From Octopus sinensis (taxonomy: Eukaryota), in assembly GCF_006345805.1 (NCBI RefSeq), contig NW_021828697.1:1-7942 (forward strand): 7,942 nucleotides of DNA, given 5' to 3'. How positions within the stretch are numbered: the first letter of the stretch is position 1; each line of letters starts with the position of its first letter. Shown one piece after another: positions 1-7,548 of the stretch. The notes under the pieces are model-generated. The model had not been told where the DNA came from, did not search any database, and saw only the letters and a program-made list of their open reading frames with translations. A program made the position numbers and the translations under genes.

Positions 1-7
1 TAAAGAA

Positions 8-116
8 ATATATATGTGTATATGTATGAGTGTGTTGTGTGTGTGTTATGTGTGGTGTGTGTGTGTGTGTTATATATATATACACACATTATATGTATGT
101 GTACATGTGTGTGTGT
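8..116. repeat. Compound (TA)n/(TG)n/(CA)n microsatellite
   Basis: Directly visible interrupted dinucleotide arrays. Confidence 0.95.
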
Positions 117-303
117 AAGGATAATCCAGAAATTAATGCAATTTTTATTTGTATTACTTTCTAGCTCCCCCTTGGATATATGTGCATATGCTTAAATGTA
201 CACACACACACATGTGTGACACTTTTTAGCCACTTGCATATTGGAGACTTGTGCATTTAAACCATTTGGAGATTTCATCTAGTTGGTACTCCTCTCCATT
301 GAC

Positions 304-330
304 TGTGTGTGTGTGAGAGAGAGAGAGAGA
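304..330. repeat. (TG)n-(AG)n microsatellite
   Basis: tgtgtgtgtgtgagagagagagagaga. It may be the 3' tail of the adjacent 332-494 element. Confidence 0.95.
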
Positions 331-331
331 C

Positions 332-494
332 AGGGCTGTGGTAAAGATTGTTTGCCGACATAACATGGCAGTCCTGGTTTAGGACTAATGTTGCTGTAAT
401 TTAGCCCCAGGAGACGTCGTCTTCTGCTGGCTATACGACACAATCTGTGTCCTTATATTTTAGAACAAGGGAATCTAGCACCCCCACTCAGCTC
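332..494 (-). mobile_element. Unclassified interspersed repeat fragment, possibly a 5'-truncated retroelement
   Basis: A higher-GC, higher-complexity block with several CpGs in AT-rich flanks. On the minus strand it runs into a (CT)n(CA)n tail. The family is not identified and the orientation is inferred from the tail. Confidence 0.4.
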
Positions 495-533
495 AAAACA
501 ATATCTGTGATTTCCAGGTTATTTCCCTTTGCC

Positions 534-743
534 AAATTCTTTGTAATTTTAAAAATTAATTGAAACAAACTCAGTGTACTCCAAAAGAAATTTCGTAATA
601 AAAGGGTTAAAGTGAGATAAATTAAAACTTTCCATCAAAGTTCCTTACACTAGTTTAATAACGACAAAATTATTCTACAGAATTCTTCAATATTTTCAAA
701 ATTAATTCAAATAAAATTAGTGCATTTCAAAGAAATATGATAC
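534..743. mobile_element. Two degenerate direct copies of a DNA-transposon/MITE-like terminal segment; copy 1 ends AGGG-TTAA (piggyBac-like)
   Basis: 535-598 and 681-743 align by hand at about 47/64 positions. Copy 1 continues to aaagggttaa (601-610), which reads TTAA|CCCT on the minus strand, the typical piggyBac terminus. No clear partner TIR was found. Confidence 0.4.
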
Positions 744-2558
744 TTAAATAATCAGTGTTTCGTTTTCTTAAAATTTTGGCTGTTTGAAATCTTAAACTGA
801 TTTAAGAATTTGGTCTTCATAATTCATTTGAAGAATATTCATAAATATTGTTTGATGTTTCATTTGATGTTTTTTTCTTCTTGATATTTTTTTTTCTTGT
901 TTCTTAGCATTTTAAAAAATTATCTCTAAAACAAATCGATGATTTATGCTGGTATTGTAAATGCTGATGCTCCAGCATGACCGAAATGAGTAAAAGAATA
1001 GAACCATATAAGATAGAATAATTTCAAATATTATTTCAGATTTTCTTCATTGGAATGAAACTAATGCTGAACAGGCTTAGACTACCATTATCTCAAAACT
1101 TTAGAGTCTTTTGAATATTGAGAATTCTTTGCAGACGCTAGAACTCTCTGGGTTCCACATTCTTTTGGGCTGACCCCTGTCCACTCAGGCTTGAGTCATA
1201 ATTTAGGGGCCACACCATAAATGTGATTTCTGAATGTTAACTTTTGAATCAATTTAAAATGAAATTTAAATGTTATTTACATTATAAGAATTTAGAAATT
1301 TCAAAGGATGCAAAATAATTTGTTTTTAACAGTTGAACTCAAAACCTTCAAAGCTAGAAATAACCCTTTGTAACACAATTTTTGCCCTTGGGTAATAACT
1401 TATTTGCTAACCTCTGAAAAATAAATAAGAAATTTGTAGGAAAATCTAATGAAGTGCACGGATTGAAGTGAAATTTATGAAGTTACTTTTGTCAGCAAGT
1501 AGAAAGTATGAAATTACTTTCATCAGTAAGAAGAAAGTATGAAAATTGGCTAGTATTTCCTTTCAAATTTTGCTTTTGTTACATTTATTCAAACCCCAAA
1601 GAATTCCTCTCAACACATGGCTATGATGTTCTCCCACTTCTGCTCATGATCAGACATGCACGTTGTCAGCCACTAAGGGACATGCTCAACTGGTTAAGGT
1701 GAAACAACTGACAAACGCATCTGTTGTATCGAGCAGAATATTTTCTATAATGATATTTCTGCTTCAGCATCTTAGCACCGAATCTGTCTGAAATGTAATG
1801 GAGAATAGGTCAGTTTCTAACCCTTTAATGTCCAGGTCACAAAAGCAAAGTGTGAAGGGAACAGTAGTCACTTTCTAGATAGAAGCAAATCGGAAATGGA
1901 CACTTAATGACCAAAGACATAAAAAGAAATGAGAATTTTGTTACACAGTGTAATTCTTTCTAGAAAGGATGAAAGGCAACGTCTACCTTGGCAGAATTAG
2001 ATCTCAGATTATAAAGCTAGAAAAAATAATGTTAAGCATATTATTCCATGTTCTAATGATTTTGCCAGCTTGCCTGGGTTAAGGCCCCCTCTGGAGCAAA
2101 AGTCAAAGGTTACCAGTGGAACTGAAACCCATATCTTCTGTGATTTTTCCTATCTAAAGGGTTTTTTTTATTTAGCGCAATATTTACATGTGGTTATATA
2201 TAGCTCTATCTGCTTCAAGTTCAATCACTGGAACAGAATTCCAATTTTGTTCAGTTCTTTGGAAGCCTCAGTCTTTTGGTCAGAGACCTACTAACAATAC
2301 CAGTGATAATATGTGAAGTACTGGCCTCTCAGCTTGCTCTCTGTTATCCTACCAATGTGAATTTTGGTAGCACAATATATAGCATGCACACACACACTAG
2401 TGTAAGCTGGTTCAATACTTGGCATAGACCATTGTTGCTCCATTCTTCCTCCTCTCTTTCTTTCTCTCTGTTACCCCCCTCTCTACATACACACTCACAC
2501 ACACATTGTAACACCCTTTTTCAATTTCAGGAAGAATTTACCAGAAATTATTGCCATG

Positions 2559-2586
2559 AATAATTATCATCCAATAATTATCATCC
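2559..2586. repeat. Perfect 14-bp tandem duplication (aataattatcatcc x2)
   Basis: Directly visible, followed by a degenerate partial third copy. Confidence 0.9.
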
Positions 2587-2768
2587 AAATTATGCAAATC
2601 CAGGAGCTGTGTTATTTATATCTTTTCCTCTTCTCCAATCTAGATTATCTTTTAATCTAAAGCCTGATTTAACAAACAACAACCTCAACAATTTTTACTG
2701 ACTTGCATCCATTTTTCCCCACAATGCAACTTGATTATTTTTTTTATATCTTTGCTATTTTGACTATT

Positions 2769-3089
2769 GTTGTTTGTTTGTTCCTTCCTTCTTGAGCCAT
2801 GCCTGGCTCATAAAGGGCCAGTTTTCCAGTTTCATTGGTGTATAGGTTCCCCACCTGACAGGATGCTGTCCAGGTGGGGCTGTTGCAGGTGAGCTGCTAG
2901 ATGCAAGAGGAAAGAGCGAAAGCAAGTTGTGGAGAAAGGGTCAGCAGAAATTTGCCATTACCTCCTGCCGGAGCTGCATGATGCTTAGGGGTTTCGCGCA
3001 TAAACACACACATCACCCGGTCTGGATTCGAACCTGTGATCCCTTGACCACATGTCTGCTGTGCTAACCACTAGGCCATGTGCCTCCAC
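2769..3089 (-). mobile_element. Full-length tRNA-derived SINE (SINE-A) with a 12-bp target-site duplication
   Basis: The minus strand starts GTGGAGGCACA-TGGCCTAGTGG (A box) and has GGTTCGAATCC (B box). It ends in a simple-repeat tail gaaggaaggaacaaacaaacaac. attttgactatt flanks it at 2757-2768 and 3090-3101. Confidence 0.92.
3024..3078 (-). promoter_or_regulatory. RNA Pol III type-2 internal promoter of SINE-A
   Basis: A box TGGCCTAGTGG at 3068-3078 and B box GGTTCGAATCC at 3024-3034, with tRNA-like spacing. Confidence 0.85.
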
Positions 3090-3736
3090 ATTTTGACTAT
3101 TACCTTGCTGAACTTATTTTTACTGATTTGCATCTATTTTTTTTCCATAATGCAGCTTGACTAATTTTTTTTATCTTTGCTATTTTGACTATTACCTTGC
3201 TATTAATCTCAACTTATTTTTATTTCTAAAATGGTGATTTTTATGGAACCAAAAATCAAACTTCCTGTTGCAAGATTTCAATATAGTTTGCAATCTTAAA
3301 CAGTTTTTTATATCATTTTTCTCTTTGTTTTTGTTTCACTTACAACCCTCTTAAATCTTTTAAGGAAAGACATAAGAAGTACAAATTCTTCATTGTTTAC
3401 CCTTCCCCTAAATTTTGGGGCTTTTGTGCCTATTTCCTCTCTGAAGCCCCCCCCCCCCCCGAAAAAAACCCCAAACAACTCATTCCCTTTCATTTTTACC
3501 ATTTTTACATGGTGGATGCTTTTACTTTATTCTATATAGTAAAAAAAAAAACAGCAGTGTAGGGCCGAATACTGTTGATAGTCAACAAAATTCAAATTGA
3601 GGGCTAACAGAGTTATGTGCCTTGCCTATGAAAAACAAAACAAAATAAAGAAAAAAACAAAAAAAATTTGAAATTGAACTCATTGACTATATAGTAAATT
3701 AACCTTACAATATTGTATTTTGCTTATTGCCTATAG

Positions 3737-3813
3737 CACAGAGGTTTATTGAAAAAACCTCCACAATTTGCACTAAACAGGTTAAACACATTGCTGAGTT
3801 GTACTGATGAGAG
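3737..3813 (+). other. Candidate spliced exon (77 nt), product unknown
   Basis: Branch-like ttaac near 3700, pyrimidine tract ttgtattttgcttattgcctatAG, and donor gag|GTAATA. One frame is open (HRGLLKKPPQFALNRLNTLLSCTDER). I recognise no homology. Confidence 0.3.
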
Positions 3814-4118
3814 GTAATATTGGATTTGTATTTACTTTATATGGGCAAATAAACAAGAACATAAAATATTCTTTAATTTCCTCTCATGAGATAAATTGAT
3901 ACAAATATATATATATATGTATTATGTTCAAATATATGTGATTTACTACAGCTAGAAAATAGATGTGTAGATTTTCTCCCTCTATGTGATTGTCATTGAA
4001 AAAACTTGCAGAGGGAAACATTGGGCCATGTGTAATGAATCACATATATTTTAATGGAAGGCTTAATAATAGTCTCACCATCGAACCCTGTTTTCAGTAC
4101 TTTCAGAGTGGCTTCAAA

Positions 4119-4145
4119 TATGTGTATGTGTGTAGGTATATGTAA

Positions 4146-4186
<41 letters not shown>

Positions 4187-4390
4187 TACATATGCACATA
4201 TATGTAATTATATATATATACACACACACATATATACAAACATGTGTGTATATATATATATAATATATATACACACACAAGCATATATGTATGTATAAAG
4301 ATATAAGTACATATATACAAGCATATATGTGTAAATATATATAAACAAATATATATATATACATGCATATGTAATTATATATATACACAC

Positions 4391-4432
<42 letters not shown>

Positions 4433-4440
4433 GTATATAT
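4119..4440. repeat. Long compound (TA)n/(CA)n/(TG)n microsatellite
   Basis: Directly visible. It is the source of the YIYI/VCVY-type ORFs. Confidence 0.97.
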
Positions 4441-4841
4441 CAGTTTGTAGAAAGAATTTTTGATACAGCCACAATATTTGAATATTGATTTTTTTAAAAA
4501 CTAAAACTTATTTGTATGAAAACAAATTTTCAAGAGAAAACAGAATCACAGAAACCTTTTGGATGGAAGATATTGTATTGCATGTGAGCGCTTTCACTGT
4601 TTTATATGCATACATACACACCATGTATGTATTATTCAATGACTAGTCTAATGTTTCATTGTTTATTTCTTGTGGTGATGGAAACGTGGTGGTGGTAATT
4701 TCAGCCTGATAATTAGCTATGCTGAGGAGAATTTATTACATAAGACTTACATAATGAACTTCAGTTAGTTAAGAAACATATGTAGTGCATATTTTTCCTA
4801 TTCCACCCCTTATAGATTTTGGATTTATATATATATATATA

Positions 4842-5119
4842 CTAGCAGTATCGCCCAGCGTTGCTCGGGTTTGTAAGGGAAATAACTATATAAGCATTTT
4901 TAGAGCGTACTTCCCTTATATAAACCGAACAAAAAATGCATTAAAAATGCGGAAAAATGATGGTAATTTTTTTTTAAATCGTAGACTCATCGTAGACGCG
5001 CGCTATACCCAAGGGCTCGATATGAACACGACTATAAGATACCCCCTGTGTGGGATAGTTTAGGATCTAAATCAGAGGAGACAGACTCTCACACACACAA
5101 CTTCAGTTTTATATTAAGA
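4842..5119 (-). mobile_element. Non-autonomous Helitron (278 bp) with both termini intact
   Basis: Minus strand reads A|TCTTAATATAAAACTGAAG ... CCCGAGCAACGCTGGG-CGATACTG-CTAG|T. It has a 5' TC, a 3' CTAG, a GC-rich subterminal hairpin 8 nt before CTAG, insertion between A and T, and no TSD. These are the canonical Helitron hallmarks. Confidence 0.82.
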
Positions 5120-5123
5120 TATA

Positions 5124-5164
<41 letters not shown>

Positions 5165-5172
5165 TATATTAT
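5120..5172. repeat. (TG)n/(TA)n microsatellite flanking the Helitron
   Basis: Directly visible. A (TA)n run at 4826-4841 flanks the other side. Confidence 0.95.
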
Positions 5173-5336
5173 ATGAATGAATTTATCCATGTTATGCAAA
5201 AACATTTCACTTAACCCTGGAATTTCTACCTTTATAAGAGGCTGTAATATCCTTGGTACTTAAGTGAATTTTTTGCTAACCCTGGTAACTATTTTTTTCC
5301 ACGTTATTTGTACACATTGAAAGAATACACGTACAT

Positions 5337-5360
5337 TTATATATATATATATATATATAT
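5337..5360. repeat. (TA)n microsatellite at the 3' end of SINE-B
   Basis: Directly visible. Confidence 0.95.
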
Positions 5361-5361
5361 T

Positions 5362-5607
5362 GCGCCCTTTTAAAGCCTAGCCAGGCTCATGGGCCCGGTT
5401 TCCTGGTTTCAATGGCTTATGTGTTCCCCAGCTGGACGGTACACCAGTCCATCACAGCGTTACTCATTTTTGCCAGCTGAGTGGACTGGAGCAACATGAA
5501 ACGAATTATTTTGCTCAAGAACACAACACGTCGCCTGGTCCAGGAATCGAAACCACAATCTTACGATCATGGTGCTGACACCCTAACCACTAAGCCACAT
5601 GCCTCTA
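5362..5607 (-). mobile_element. tRNA-derived CORE-type SINE (SINE-B)
   Basis: Minus strand has A box TGGCTTAGTGG (5587-5597) and B box GGTTTCGATTCC (5543-5554). The central segment ttgtgttcttgagcaaaataattcgtttcatgttgctccagtccactcagctggcaaaaatgagtaa resembles the CORE domain as I recall it. The 3' tail is shared with SINE-A. Confidence 0.9.
5543..5597 (-). promoter_or_regulatory. RNA Pol III type-2 internal promoter of SINE-B
   Basis: A box at 5587-5597 and B box at 5543-5554. Confidence 0.8.
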
Positions 5608-5646
5608 CACACACACACACACATATATATATGTATGTATATATAT
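5607..5646. repeat. (CA)n/(TA)n microsatellite
   Basis: Directly visible, abutting the SINE-B head. Confidence 0.95.
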
Positions 5647-5896
5647 TTATATTGTCGCTATTATGCAAAAGTGTCGTAAGTCCAAAACATTGCTTTTCCA
5701 GAAAAAGAGAAAATAGTTTCACAATTCCATAGCAAAAATACTTGGGCACTTTTTGATATCTTGGCAACCGAAGCAGCTGGTGATATGATAGTTTGACCAA
5801 AACAACTGGCTATTGTGAGCAAAAATAAATATTGGAAAAGAAAAAAAAGGCATTTCGCCAAATTTGGACATACAACAGTTTAACATAAAAGTTACA

Positions 5897-5940
5897 ATAT
5901 ATACACACACATATATATATGTATATACATATATGCACAT
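5897..5940. repeat. (TA)n/(CA)n microsatellite
   Basis: Directly visible. Confidence 0.9.
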
Positions 5941-6068
5941 AGGCATTTACTTATATGGTAAGCAAAATGTTAGTAAGACAGAAGGAAGAATAAATTTCTG
6001 CTGAATTCTATGAAAATTTCCCATTAGATGGAAGAAAGAAGACAAGTTGTTTTTGTCAACTCTACTTT

Positions 6069-6720
6069 ACACACACTCACACACATACACACACATACAC
6101 GCACACAATTTCATGTGAATAGAGACTAGCATAATCACATGCATAAATACATAGTCTATATGTATCTTCTGTTATACACACACACACACATATATATATA
6201 TATACTCTCATATACACACAGACAATCTTATATGTAATCATTTGTTTACATAACACACACAAACACACTCACTGTCTCTTTCTTGCTTGCACACACACAC
6301 ACACATTCTTTCTCACACACACATACTCTCTCTTACACACACTGTCTCTCACACACACACTCTTTCTCTCTCCCTCTCACACACATACATTATTTCTCCT
6401 TTACACACACACACTCACTCAGTCTCTCTCTCTCACACATACACACACTCTTTCTCTCTCCCTCTCTCTCTTGCTTATACACACACACATACACACACTC
6501 TTACACACATACCCATTCTTTGTTGCTTACACACACAGAGACACACACTCACTCAGTCTCTCACACATACACACACTTTTTCTCTCTCCCTCTCTCTTAC
6601 ACACACTCTTTCTCTCTCCCTCTTTCTTACACACACACACACACACTGTCTCTGTCTCTCTCACACACTACACACACTTTTTCTCTCTCCCTCTCTCTCC
6701 CTTACACACAAACACACACT
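6069..6720. repeat. Degenerate (CA)n/(CT)n low-complexity array with higher-order units
   Basis: Interrupted CA and CT runs. The motif t(c/t)tttctctctccctct recurs near 6361, 6449, 6577, 6607 and 6678. Confidence 0.92.
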
Positions 6721-7324
6721 CGACCCCCTCCCCCTCCAACCGCCCACCGCTGCTTCCAAGTATTAAACCAAATTCCTTCTGTCTATGTTTGCTTAAATAC
6801 CTTTCTGCAATCTATATTACAATATTTGCTCAAAAAATTAGATCGAAGACAACAGCTTCGCTTCTTGTCCTTCCAGCCTTCCATACTTTTTCCCCAATCC
6901 ATCCCTTCTCTCCCCCTCTCACTCTCCTACTGTTTATTGCTATTTCTCCCTCACCCCACTCCTCACTATCCTCTTCTCTGTTTTGATGTGTCTTTCTTCC
7001 TTGCCGACAAAGATAATGGCAAATCACTCTTGTCTGACCATTCCTTCCTCCCCTGCATCACTCACAATCTCTCCCCCATCTCTCTCGCTTACTCCCTGAT
7101 ATCTCACGACGGCTACCCCACCCTTTCCTTTTGTAACCCTTTAATCTCTGTATCTCTCTTTTCCAGCCCTGTTTTCTATCCCTGCCCCATAACCTTTCCT
7201 TCATTCCCCACCCCTGTTCCACCAGCTTCTCTCTCCCTAAACATCTTGTCTTTTAGTTAATGGATCCCATTTTCTATATTTTCTCACATTCAAAGCAGAT
7301 TACTTGTTTCTCTCTAACTTTCTG

Positions 7325-7369
7325 TATGTATATCTATATCTAATAATATATATACATATATATATATAT
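7325..7369. repeat. (TA)n-rich microsatellite
   Basis: Directly visible. Confidence 0.9.
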
Positions 7370-7463
7370 GCGTTTGGCTTAGATTTTCCTTTGGGGCTGG
7401 CCAGGTCGGAGCAATCTCAAAATTAATCAGCCGAAATTGCGAAGATGATCCGGTTCTTGACTG
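7370..7463. mobile_element. Unclassified GC/CpG-richer fragment between two microsatellites, probably a TE remnant
   Basis: 94 bp of higher-complexity sequence with several CpGs, bounded sharply by (TA)n and (TATC)n. The family is not identified. Confidence 0.35.
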
Positions 7464-7514
7464 ATCTATCTACCTATTTATCTATCTATGTCTGTCTATC
7501 TATCCATCTGTCTG

Positions 7515-7548
<34 letters not shown>

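Larger units (their letters stand above)
2684..3216. repeat. ~92-bp local tandem duplication interrupted by the SINE
   Basis: 2691-2768 matches 3116-3193 at roughly 85% by hand alignment. attttgactattaccttgct recurs at 3090 and 3182 (period 92). Confidence 0.85.

Noticed and set aside
965-1021. Possible selenocysteine readthrough (CKC-TGA-C...)
   Set aside because: No SECIS element was recognised and there is no selenoprotein homology. The exon itself is unproven.
1956-1967. Palindrome ctttctagaaag (heat-shock-element-like core) and small 7-bp hairpins at 2349-2370 and 3741-3761
   Set aside because: These are short enough to occur by chance, and there is no promoter or ncRNA context.
3010-3089. 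tRNA-like sequence (also at 5530-5607)
   Set aside because: A and B boxes are present, but there is no proper acceptor stem or cloverleaf and the sequence continues into a SINE body and tail. These are SINE heads, not tRNA genes.
3447-3460. C14 homopolymer
   Set aside because: It is a simple homopolymer with no supporting context.
3993-4474. Overlapping ORFs of 69-145 aa (YIYIYI/VCVY)
   Set aside because: These are mostly translations of a TA/CA/TG microsatellite, in which stops are depleted in some frames.
4451-4583. Segment ending at a good donor cat|GTGAGC
   Set aside because: There is no convincing acceptor giving an open frame, and the longer reading needs a frameshift.
3340-4751. Isolated minus-strand GTAAGT donors near 3342 and 4750
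   Set aside because: No convincing upstream acceptors, and such 6-mers are expected by chance.
5481-5732. 83-aa plus-strand ORF
   Set aside because: It is an antisense reading of SINE-B plus a microsatellite.
5702-5779. Possible plus-strand exon (EKEKIVSQFHSKNTWALFDILATEAAG)
   Set aside because: The acceptor is good but the donor (g|gtgata) is weak, and I could not link it in-frame to other candidates.
5661-5861. Minus-strand ORF that looks like a signal peptide (MAKCLFFLFQYLFLLTIASCFG...)
   Set aside because: It starts at TTG with an in-frame stop shortly upstream and no ATG. The hydrophobicity comes from a T-rich tract.
6077-7260. 325-, 171-, 159- and 63-aa ORFs (HTHT/LSLS)
   Set aside because: They arise from CA/CT repeats and a pyrimidine-rich tract that lacks stop codons. 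No domain is recognisable, and the longest does not start at ATG.
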